Origin: Trichodesmium erythraeum IMS101
Lineage (GTDB): Bacteria; Cyanobacteriota; Cyanobacteriia; Cyanobacteriales; Microcoleaceae
Length of the DNA stretch: 32,000 nt
NCBI RefSeq assembly: GCF_000014265.1
Contig: NC_008312.1
Span: 7,350,001 to 7,382,000, forward strand
Direction: 5' to 3'
Shown piece after piece: positions 19,774 to 28,726 of the stretch. The translations under genes and the position numbers were made by a program. Every line of letters begins with the position of its first letter. Position 1 is the first letter of the stretch. Under the pieces are notes generated by a model that did no database searches, was not told the origin of the DNA, and saw only the letters and a program-made list of their open reading frames with translations.

Positions 19774-20706
19774 TTAAAACTGACTATGATTAATAATTAA
19801 CTTACTAATCATTTCACTAACAATCTGATTTCCTTTAATACTTAAATGAATATTATCTCGATACAAACTATCTGGTTCTAATACAGATTTAAAAATTGGT
19901 AATAGATCTAAATATAAAATATTTTCAGCTTGGTTAAATTCCTCTAACAATTTACGAGTTTTAATTTCATAATCACGAGGTCCTGGTTTGCCTACTTCCC
20001 TAAGCAAAGGAGTCATTACCAAGATAAATTTAGTATTGTTTTGATTAGTAATTTCCTGAATTTTTTTGATTGCTGCTAAATTAAAACTAACTTTTTCTTC
20101 TTCTTCCTGAATTTCTGGAATTTTTGCTGTCGGCAATAAATAACGACTAATCACTTCAGTTATTGCAGAAAGAGGTTTTTTGTCTGGATAACTCCGATGA
20201 ACTCCTACCACTAATGAGCTAGGTGCTTTAGCAAATAAATCATCAGTATTAATCAGTAATACTATAGTTTGAGAATTAAATAAACCGAACTTTTCTAAAT
20301 AAGCAAGTTCATTTCTAGGTCCCCAAGAATTAGCTGAAGCATTAAAAACTTCAACAGTTTTATTTTGACCTAATTTTTCATTTAATTGTTTCTCTATAAT
20401 TGCAGAAATTGTGTCATTTTGATCTGTCCACCAACTACCATTCGCTACAGAGTCTCCTAACAAAAGTATTCTCAATGTAATATTTTCTTTTGACTCTTCT
20501 ATCGGGTCAGAACGCATAGAATACTGATTAATTTTTATCCGGTTACCAAAGCGAGTAACACTTTGATTTGGTGTCAAAAGATAACCAATTTTACTATCTA
20601 TATTATAAGTAAGAGGATTACCAAAACCAAAGACTAAGCGGAGTCCTATTTCTAATACCCCCAATAAACAAATTACAATAGCTAAAAATATCAATATACC
20701 TTTCAT
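19774..20706 (-). CDS. Membrane-anchored SGNH/GDSL-type hydrolase
   Basis: 310 aa, ATG start, N-terminal TM helix. Block I LLLGDSVANG (catalytic Ser) and block V DNIHLS (Asp-x-x-His). Confidence 0.75.
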   Translation of the reverse strand: MKGILIFLAIVICLLGVLEIGLRLVFGFGNPLTYNIDSKIGYLLTPNQSVTRFGNRIKINQYSMRSDPIEESKENITLRILLLGDSVANGSWWTDQNDTISAIIEKQLNEKLGQNKTVEVFNASANSWGPRNELAYLEKFGLFNSQTIVLLINTDDLFAKAPSSLVVGVHRSYPDKKPLSAITEVISRYLLPTAKIPEIQEEEEKVSFNLAAIKKIQEITNQNNTKFILVMTPLLREVGKPGPRDYEIKTRKLLEEFNQAENILYLDLLPIFKSVLEPDSLYRDNIHLSIKGNQIVSEMISKLIINHSQF

Positions 20707-21339
20707 TAATCTAAAATTTTTAATAAATTCCGTAAATTATTAGCAATACCCATGAATAACTTGGTGAAAAAATTTATACATATTAATTTTTTTTACCAAC
20801 CTTGATTATTTGAGAATAATTTTGAATAGACGTAAGCATTTAACCCTCAGCTATCAACTATTACTTTTGATTTCAGAGCAAAGCTTTATTAATTGAGCCA
20901 GAATTAAATTTTATTACAAAAACTTACTTCCTTTACCTTAAAGTCTATATTCATTTAAATTCTGCTCAGGACTAATATCTAATAGCTGAATACTTAACAA
21001 TAGACTTTCCTAAGTTAAATAATAATTCAACTCCAAAATGATATGATGATCATAAAATAGAGGGAAAATTTTAAGATAGATGTAGTTGTAATGGGCAAAT
21101 TCCACCTTGGATAAAGATCCTTATTTCAACTATAAGAAACACTCTCCAAATTGACTGCTAGACTAGCAGTGTCAGTTTGTGGAGCAACCATAAGACTCGA
21201 AGAGAAAAAATCTCCGAAAGCAGGTGCTAAAAAAACAGAAACCTAAATCATGAGATTTGGGATACCCACGTTGTGGCAGTTTCGCTACATTGGGAAAACA
21301 TTAAGTTATTGCCAAATAACTGTGGTTTCAGGTAAACCC

Positions 21340-22212
21340 GTGGACTTAAAGCAAATATTTAAAACCAGAAATCCAATAATTGGGGTAGTACATTTACAAC
21401 CTCTGCCCACCTCACCCCTTTGGGGAGGTGACCTTCAAGCTATTATCAGTAGAGCAGAAAGAGAAGCCACAGCCCTTGTCTCAGGAGGTGTAGATGGCAT
21501 TATAGTAGAAAACTTTTTCGATGCTCCTTTTGTTAAAGACCAAGTTGATCCGGCTGTGGTTAGTGCAATGACACTTCTAGTACAAAAGATTATGAACTTG
21601 GTTTCTCTACCTATTGGAATTAACGTTTTGCGTAATGATGGCCAAAGTGCTATGGGTATCGCTTATTGTGTGGAAGCCCAATTTATCCGTGTGAATGTCC
21701 TGACTGGAGTTATGGCCACAGATCAAGGATTGATTGAAGGCATAGCACATCAACTTTTACGTTATCGTCGAGAACTGGGTACTGATGTCAAAATATTGGC
21801 AGATGTTTTAGTCAAACACGCCCTACCTTTGGGTGAGCAAAATCTAACGACAGTCGTTCAAGAAACAATAGAACGTGGTCTCGCTGATGGGGTAATTATT
21901 TCTGGTCGCGCAACAGGAAGCCCTCCTAGTTTGGAAGATTTAGAATTAGCCAGAGCAGCAGCAGCAGGTACCCCAGTCTTTATCGGTAGTGGTGCTAACT
22001 GGGAAAACATTTCTACCTTGATGCAAGCTGCGGATGGGGTTATTGTCTCTAGCTCCCTCAAGCGACATGGTAAAATAGACCAACCAATAGACCCTATCCG
22101 TGTGAGTCAGTTTGTGGAAGCAACTCGCTGGACAATATCAGATAAGGGAAAAGATTATCAGAATTGGGAAGCAGAGACTATCAATTCACCTTCCCCTATC
22201 AAAAAAGTATAA
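21340..22212 (+). CDS. btpA: BtpA/SgcQ family protein (photosystem I biogenesis)
   Basis: IIGVVHLQPLPTSPLWGG, GVDGIIVENFFDAPF, GINVLRNDG and FIRVNVLTGVMATDQGLIEG match BtpA closely. The family N-terminus (MDLxQxF..) aligns with VDLKQIF, so GTG 21340 is the likely start. The longest ORF begins at ATG 21250. Confidence 0.85.
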   Translation: MDLKQIFKTRNPIIGVVHLQPLPTSPLWGGDLQAIISRAEREATALVSGGVDGIIVENFFDAPFVKDQVDPAVVSAMTLLVQKIMNLVSLPIGINVLRNDGQSAMGIAYCVEAQFIRVNVLTGVMATDQGLIEGIAHQLLRYRRELGTDVKILADVLVKHALPLGEQNLTTVVQETIERGLADGVIISGRATGSPPSLEDLELARAAAAGTPVFIGSGANWENISTLMQAADGVIVSSSLKRHGKIDQPIDPIRVSQFVEATRWTISDKGKDYQNWEAETINSPSPIKKV

Positions 22213-22223
22213 GTTTGATGTAC

Positions 22224-22258
22224 TCCACTCACTTGATAGAGTGGATTTTCTCTTTCTT
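22224..22258 (+). terminator. Rho-independent terminator of btpA
   Basis: TCCACTC-acttgata-GAGTGGA is followed by TTTTCTCTTTCTTT, 12 nt after the stop codon. Confidence 0.55.
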
Positions 22259-22661
22259 TAGTTATAATAATTAGTGAAAATCCTAGCTATTTAGCTATAC
22301 TAAACAAGGTCATAATTTAAGGAATATTATTCCTTAAATCATTGACAATTAAGTCTTTCTCAAATTAGGAATTTACAGAATATATACAAACAGGGTTACT
22401 GCTGGAAAAAGCTATAGGAAAACTAATCGTAAATATTCAGAACTAAATAGTATTTATTCTGGAAAAATCTGTAATTACTATTGCTGTTTATTTATTATTT
22501 ATGGTTGATAAACTAGCTACTTATAGGGGTGTAGGATAATTTTCCTAATCTGATGATTGAGGAATGTTTTAAATTCTCTTCCTGCTCACCCCTAATACTA
22601 TATGAATTAGTACACAGCAAGATTAAAAACTGACAAATATTTTTGATTTAATATTTAGTTT

Positions 22662-23090
22662 TTAGTCGTATGAACCAGTATTCAATCTATAGTCACCTTC
22701 ATTATATACATCAGCAGTTTTAGTCACTGTAAAATTTTTCAGATTTGCTTCTAAAAGCTTTTTTTGCTCTTCAGTTAGGCCAGGCATTTCTAGTACATCT
22801 TCTACTTTTTCGTAGGGAGCATTGTCTACTATCTGTGCAGCTATAGTTGGGAACATTCCCCGATATTTCCGAAAGCTTCGTAAAGGACTATTGTTAAGAT
22901 CGAGCTTTTCTCCAATCTCTCCTAATTTCTTGTCTGCATTGTTAACTGTTCTAGATTCTACTGCTAAAATTGACGCTGAAGGCCATGTAGTTAAATTTAA
23001 GTTACCTGCATGAGCTTTGTCAGATGGTACTAATCCCAGACAGCCCAAACATAAACTAAATATTGTCAATAATAGACCGATCTTTTTCAT
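22662..23090 (-). CDS. psbU: Photosystem II 12-kDa extrinsic protein PsbU
   Basis: 142 aa, ATG start, signal peptide. KLDLNNSPLRSFRKYRGMFPTIAAQIVDNAPYEKVEDVLEMPGLTEEQKKLLEANLKNFTV is the characteristic PsbU helix-hairpin-helix region. Confidence 0.9.
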   Translation of the reverse strand: MKKIGLLLTIFSLCLGCLGLVPSDKAHAGNLNLTTWPSASILAVESRTVNNADKKLGEIGEKLDLNNSPLRSFRKYRGMFPTIAAQIVDNAPYEKVEDVLEMPGLTEEQKKLLEANLKNFTVTKTADVYNEGDYRLNTGSYD

Positions 23091-23612
23091 TATTGTATTT
23101 CTCCAAGTCTTGATATCTATAGATAACTTTGCCAGAACCTAGCTTCATTATTGATTTGTGACAAAGTGCAATTATTAATCTATCTATGAAGTAGATTTAC
23201 TGCTATATTAGCTAATAACTAATTACTAATAATTTACTCTACAACACTTAAGTAAACTTTGAGCATTAAACATTGATACAATAATTTTTCTCATTCCAAT
23301 AACTAGGGCTATTTGTGTAAGACAAAGGCGTTACTCCTCCGAGTAAGCCAAAGCTACTCTAACCTCTATCTTTTTGTGACTAACATTAGGGAATGAAATA
23401 GACCTCTTCCAATAAATGTCCCAGGTTATCATTTATAACATCAGATTGGACAAATAATCTATAAGACGTAAAGAGTAAAACTTTTTTAGTGCGGATATTT
23501 TGCCAGCTAAATTTGTACCTCACGGGCCCTGAATGGCAGGTACTATGTATTCTAGTAACCAAGACTTATAAATTAAGCTGAGTCCTTTAGAGTCAGGTTT
23601 TATTATCCATTT

Positions 23613-23750
23613 TAAGAAACCTACAATTATCTACATAAATCTCTGAAGACGCTCGCTTATATCATTTCTCTTCAGTGCTTTTACCTGGTAAAGTAGGAGT
23701 CATCCAGCTCCCCTGGCACATGGTGTCCAACTTAACTCTATTGTTAGATT
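23613..23750. repeat. 138-bp dispersed repeat, copy A (MITE or IS-end-like)
   Basis: Aligns without gaps to 24225-24362 at roughly 75-80% identity. Shared blocks: taagaaacctaYaattatctacataaatct, tatatca, agtgctt.tacct, atccagct, acatgg.gtc.aact. Confidence 0.7.
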
Positions 23751-24013
23751 AACATTTTTCAGTTATACACACTATATTTAGGGTAGCACGATAGTTTTTA
23801 CTAAGCTTATTTAGTGTTTTTATCTAATTTATTATTATTGTTACTTTCAAAATATGTATCTTAGCCCTCACGGAATTAAAAGTACTTCAACACTATTGTT
23901 AGGGCCGTATTTCAAGGATTAATCCTCTTTAGAAAATGTTGATTGTTCCTTAATAATAAGGTGGAAATAATTAACCAAAAATTAGGAGTCTATAATCAAT
24001 AAAAAATTAGATA

Positions 24014-24222
24014 ATGACAAATGATTAAATCTTTAATCATCAAAAATTTAGTCATAGTATCACGTATTTTATATTTGTTAGGGTCAGTTATTTGAAGAAA
24101 AAGAGATATAAAAATTATTAGGGACAGGAGTCAAAAGTGAATATTTCAATGATGATAAAATAGGTAGAGTGATGGATGATATTTATCAATTAGGGTTAAC
24201 AAATTTTTTTGTAATTGACCGT
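24014..24222 (+). pseudogene. N-terminal fragment of an IS1634/IS4-type (DUF4277-containing) transposase, frameshifted and truncated
   Basis: Reads ..IIKNLVIVSRILYLL.. and LLGTGVKSEYFNDDKIGRVMDDIYQLGLTNFF, resembling the DUF4277 N-terminal region of these transposases. There is a stop after codon 4, and the reading is cut off where repeat copy B begins. Confidence 0.4.
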
Positions 24223-24224
24223 TC

Positions 24225-24362
24225 TAAGAAACCTATAATTATCTACATAAATCTATAAAAATACTTGATTATATCAGTTCTATTTAGTGCTTCTACCTAA
24301 TCAGGTAGGTGTTATCCAGCTTTCCTAGTACATGGGGTCGAACTGAATTCCATTTTTAGATT
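24225..24362. repeat. 138-bp dispersed repeat, copy B
   Basis: See copy A. It begins exactly where the transposase fragment loses similarity. Confidence 0.7.
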
Positions 24363-24756
24363 TCAATTAGCATTGTAAGTATCGCTCCACAACTTAAACC
24401 ACAGTTTTCACACTTTAAGAATGCATATTACCCAAATCATAACACCTCAAGCAGGTCAGCAGTTTTTGGGTTTAACCTAAACCAAAAGCTTATGTAAGTC
24501 AATGACAGTGAGAAATTTCATCTTACACTTAAGAGATTTTAAAAGTTATGAAAAAGGGATGAAGTTCGGTGAAGCATAAACCTCAACTTATTTGGATGAC
24601 TGGATACAAAGCTCGTGTTTGAGCAGCAATGTTTTTGGCTGGTTATTTGAGTGTAGTTCAGTTGTGAATCCAAGTAGTATGACTAAAGATAATTAAAGAT
24701 TATCTATGATAATGCTAGATTATAGTCAACAATTACTAGCCCTCTGAAATTTTGTC

Positions 24757-25392
24757 TTAGGCCACAAAAGCAGCCAACAAAAACAGACTATCTACTACAA
24801 TAGTGCTCAATACTGCTGCGCCAAAGGCCCACCAGTGTAAGCTTTTAGACTGCAAAGGTACAAGACCAAAAAACAAAAGAATTCCTACTAACAGAATAAT
24901 CCAAGTTACCCCCCAGGAAGTACGCACTTGAGTTAAAGCATCTTGAAATACTTCTAAAGCCATTTCTGGTTCAACTATCATTAAACTCCGCCAATAAGGA
25001 ATCAGACCAGTTATATAGAAATATCCGTCTGTAACTGCTGTGCCTAGTAGAGAGCCTAAATAAAAACAGTTCCCTACCATTTCTCTATTGTGGCTTAAAC
25101 ACCATAATGCCCAAGGTACAAACATTGCTTCAACTGGTAAATGGAGAAATGGTTCCTGTCGTAGCCAACCCCAGTATATCGAACCTGTGAACCAACTCCA
25201 AGTAAACCCTAGCAATAAATCACCCCATAAATTAGTAGCTCTCTTTTTAAGCAATTTTAAACTTAGCCATAACCAAAAGCCTGTCATAACTAAACTTAAC
25301 CAAGGTAGTTGACGTACCATTGGAGCTTGAAAAAATACTGGCACTGTCACTAGAAATATGGCAGCACTAAACACAGCCCACTTTTGGCTCAT
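24757..25392 (-). CDS. DUF3120 domain-containing membrane protein
   Basis: The pattern VPVFFQAPMVRQLPWLSL....WGDLLLGFTWSWFTGSIYWGWLRQEPFLHLPVEA is typical of the cyanobacterial DUF3120 family. The ORF track begins at TTG 25485; ATG 25392 (MSQKWAVFSAAIF) is the more likely start. Confidence 0.75.
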   Translation of the reverse strand: MSQKWAVFSAAIFLVTVPVFFQAPMVRQLPWLSLVMTGFWLWLSLKLLKKRATNLWGDLLLGFTWSWFTGSIYWGWLRQEPFLHLPVEAMFVPWALWCLSHNREMVGNCFYLGSLLGTAVTDGYFYITGLIPYWRSLMIVEPEMALEVFQDALTQVRTSWGVTWIILLVGILLFFGLVPLQSKSLHWWAFGAAVLSTIVVDSLFLLAAFVA

Positions 25393-26026
25393 TTTAATTT
25401 TTTCTAAAACAAAAGCAAAAAAAATTTTTTCCTGCTTTTCTGGAAAAAAGTTAGTTATTATATCAAAAAAAGCATTATTAAACAAGGTTTTTTTTTATTT
25501 TTTTACTTAACTTTATTTTATTTAAAATATCATGTTTTATCCCCTACTAGGGCATATTTAATACTAATAACATTTTTATCTCTTTTATCCTCATAGGGGG
25601 GATTTTTGAGAAATAGTTAAGAATGGGCCTTTTGCTTGTTGGTTTATAGCAGGTAAGATACCTGTCCTAACTTAATACCTGCTCTACAGTAAGACAATAT
25701 TTGTTCCTGCTCCTGAACAGTGTCAGAAACCGGATTTTTTAAGTTCTAAAAAAAAGATTCCCAGACTCCCTGGCCAAATCTAAGGGAAAATGATGTATTG
25801 AGAAAAAACTGAACTCCAAGGAGGGAAAATGGATGATTTGATATTTGAAAAAATATTGTTCTATTCTTCAAGCTAACCTTCGTCTTCCGAGAAATTAATA
25901 ATTAGCCAGGTATTGTCCATGACTACTGAAGCTATAAAGGCGATCGCTATTTCCCGGAAAATCAGCAGCCAAAATCACTAAAGCCAATGCTATAATCCAC
26001 CTATAATAATAGGAAAATTCTAGTCG

Positions 26027-26965
26027 ATGAAATTTTTCTGTGCATTCATTTTCACTGCTCTAATTTTTATATCTCTAGAAAAAATCGGCCAGTCATGTTG
26101 CCCTAACCCTATAGTTGACTCTGAACAGTTGACTATTTTTCAGGCAGTTATTCTGGGAATGGTACAAGGTGTGACAGAATGTATTCCAGTTAGTAGTACT
26201 GCTCACCTCAAGATTATCCCTGTAGCTCTTGGATGGGGAGACCCTGGTGTGGCTTTTACTGCAGTTATTCAACTAGGTAGTATTGTTTCAATAGTTTGGT
26301 ATTTCTGGAATGACTTGACAAAAATTACATTTGGTGCATACAAGTCCATAATTACATCAGACTACCAGTCACCAGATTTGAAAATGTTGGTCAGTATAGG
26401 GTTGGGTACTATACCAATAGTATTTTTTGGTTTGTTGATCAAAGTATTTATTCCAGATTTTGATAATTCTCGATTGCGAAGTACAGTAGCGATCGCCATA
26501 GCTTCAATAATTATGGCCTTGTTATTAGTTATCGCAGAACGAATTGGTAGCCGGAAACGTAACTTTGAAAAACTAGATATTAGAGATGGTATAGTAATTG
26601 GTCTAGCTCAAGTATTAGCATTAATTCCTGGAGTATCTCGTTCTGGCTCAACTATTACAGGAGGGTTGTTTATAGGATTAGAAAGATCCACAGCAGCACG
26701 GTTTTCTTTTTTACTGGGCCTTCCGGCAATTACTTTAGCAGGTTTAGTTGAATTGAAAACGCTTTTAGATGAAGGGTTTGGAAGTGTGGGTTTAGTAGCA
26801 ACTCTCACTGGAGTTTTTTCTGCTATTATCTTCTCTTATATTGCAATTTCTTGGTTGATGAGATATTTACAAACTCAGGATACCTGGATATTTATTTGGT
26901 ATAGATTAGCCTTTGGGATATTAATTTTAATAGGGATTATTAGTGGTGTAATAGAAAATACATAA
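26027..26965 (+). CDS. uppP: Undecaprenyl-diphosphate phosphatase (UppP/BacA)
   Basis: 312 aa, ATG start. Motifs QGVTECIPVSSTAHL and PGVSRSGSTITGG, with polytopic topology. Confidence 0.9.
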   Translation: MKFFCAFIFTALIFISLEKIGQSCCPNPIVDSEQLTIFQAVILGMVQGVTECIPVSSTAHLKIIPVALGWGDPGVAFTAVIQLGSIVSIVWYFWNDLTKITFGAYKSIITSDYQSPDLKMLVSIGLGTIPIVFFGLLIKVFIPDFDNSRLRSTVAIAIASIIMALLLVIAERIGSRKRNFEKLDIRDGIVIGLAQVLALIPGVSRSGSTITGGLFIGLERSTAARFSFLLGLPAITLAGLVELKTLLDEGFGSVGLVATLTGVFSAIIFSYIAISWLMRYLQTQDTWIFIWYRLAFGILILIGIISGVIENT

Positions 26966-28209
26966 ATAGATCATTTGATATCAAAAATTAAGCTACTCTA
27001 GGCTAATATTTCTAACAATAGGACAGAATATATTGCAACTAATGGGTAATTTAAATCTGTAGTATAGTTTAATCTGAAAGCAGATTAAAAATTGAATTAT
27101 TTTACACTATAATTAAGTGATTAAAGGCAAGCAAAGTCTGTAAATTTCGTCTCAATCAATAAAAATTATATAGTCTGTGTTATATTAGTCTGGAATTTAA
27201 AAAAAAATTAGTACTAAAAATAGAAAAAACTATTGATCAAGTGAAACATAAATTATTCTCAGATTATCTGATAAAGAGTGCAAGAGCGGAAAAAGAACAC
27301 AATAAAATTTAGGGCTATTTCTTTTATATAGGTATTTTTATTACTATTAAATGAATGGAAAAAATATTGAGGCGATCGCTTAAAAATTTATTAATAAAAA
27401 GTAAGTCTTGAAAAACCCAATACGGGAGATTTTCTTGCAACTAATGTTTGAGATATACAAAAATTAACTGAAAAAAAATCCTCTCTAAATATAAATAGGA
27501 ACAATAGCTCTAACAAGGTTTGATAATTCTAAAATATCCGATATAATTAAGCTTGATAATGCCTTTCTAACATCTCCAAAAATAAATGAAGCCTTTGGGA
27601 TTAATAATGGGTTAATATTTACTGGTTGATACCATCAGAAAACAATAACTTAGGCAAACTTTAAAAGGCATGAAAACTGGGGTAAAAAAACAGTAGTGTC
27701 GTCTGACAGATAGACCAAATATACAATAGATCTTTCAATGTTTTCAATCCATTCATGTCTTATATGTTCAGGGGTTAAAACAGATATCTAATTTAACCAA
27801 TTAAAATTGTATTTATCAAAGTTTTTTCCCGTGTTTTTTTTAGGGTTATTATCTAGGAGAAATAATGTTTTTTTTCCAGTTATTTTTGAATCAACTAATC
27901 TTAAATTTAATGGAGTTTTACTCCGACTTAAACCGATTTTATTTGTTTGAAAAGTTTTTTTTCGACCTCACCTAAATCACCTTTTATTTTGAATGTTTTA
28001 GTCATAGCAATTTTTCTTTGTTACCAGTATTAATACTTAATCAATTGCTATTTCTCTCTTATACTATCTATTTACTATATTCTATTTACTATATTTTGAA
28101 GTGGGGAATGGGAGTTATTTCTTATTCAAAACTCAAAAAAATTGTCTGTAGGGATTTAGTGATAAAATCCCTACCTAGAGAACAAAAAAGCTACAAGAAG
28201 CCAAAAAAA

Positions 28210-28687
28210 TTAAGACATTGCTTGAATAATATAGTCAAAATAAGGAGCAGTTTCCTTAGCATCCTCTTCATCAAGTAAAGAAAGACTTGCTTCCTTTAAA
28301 CAACGAATCGACTCTACCATTCCAGGAACCGGTACACCAAGAGAGTTATACATTTCCCGAACACCTATCAAACCAATACTTTCAATAGGATCTTTATCCC
28401 CAGCTAATAGCCCATAAGTAATCAAACGCAGGTACCAACCATAGTCACGAAGACATAAAGCACGTTCGCGTTGACCAAAAGCATTACCACCAGGGGCAAT
28501 AAAATCTGGACGCCTGCGCCATAAGTCCTGACTAGCTTTGTCCACAATTTTTTTTTCATTTTCAGAAAGCAATGTAGCAATTTTAACACGCTGCTCACCT
28601 GTTTTCAAAAAAGTATTTATGGCTTCAAGTTCCCCACTACTGGGGTAACGTAATTCATCATCTGCTTTGAGAATAACTTGACTAACT
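28210..28687 (-). CDS. apcD: Allophycocyanin alpha-B subunit ApcD, exon 2 (codon 3 position 3 through the stop)
   Basis: Translation (V)[97 protein letters not shown]...[12 protein letters not shown] is ApcD-like along its whole length. This frame has no start codon. Joined to 31312-31319 it gives a 161-aa protein. Confidence 0.9.
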
Positions 28688-28691
28688 GTTA

Positions 28692-28726
28692 AACTAAGCC
28701 AGATAAGTCACCCTACCCGACTTGTC
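28692..28726 (-). ncRNA. Group II intron domain VI with branch-point adenosine
   Basis: Minus strand: GAC-AAGUC-GGGUAGG-[GUGA]-CUUAUCU-GGCUU-(A)-GUU. This is a continuous helix with a GNRA tetraloop. The unpaired A at 28695 lies 7 nt from the 3' splice site. Confidence 0.75.

Noticed and set aside
28018-28278. 86-aa ORF overlapping the 3' end of apcD on the opposite strand
   Set aside because: It is AT-rich and low-complexity (LLYSIYYILKW..), has a TTG start, overlaps the apcD stop region and has no family resemblance.
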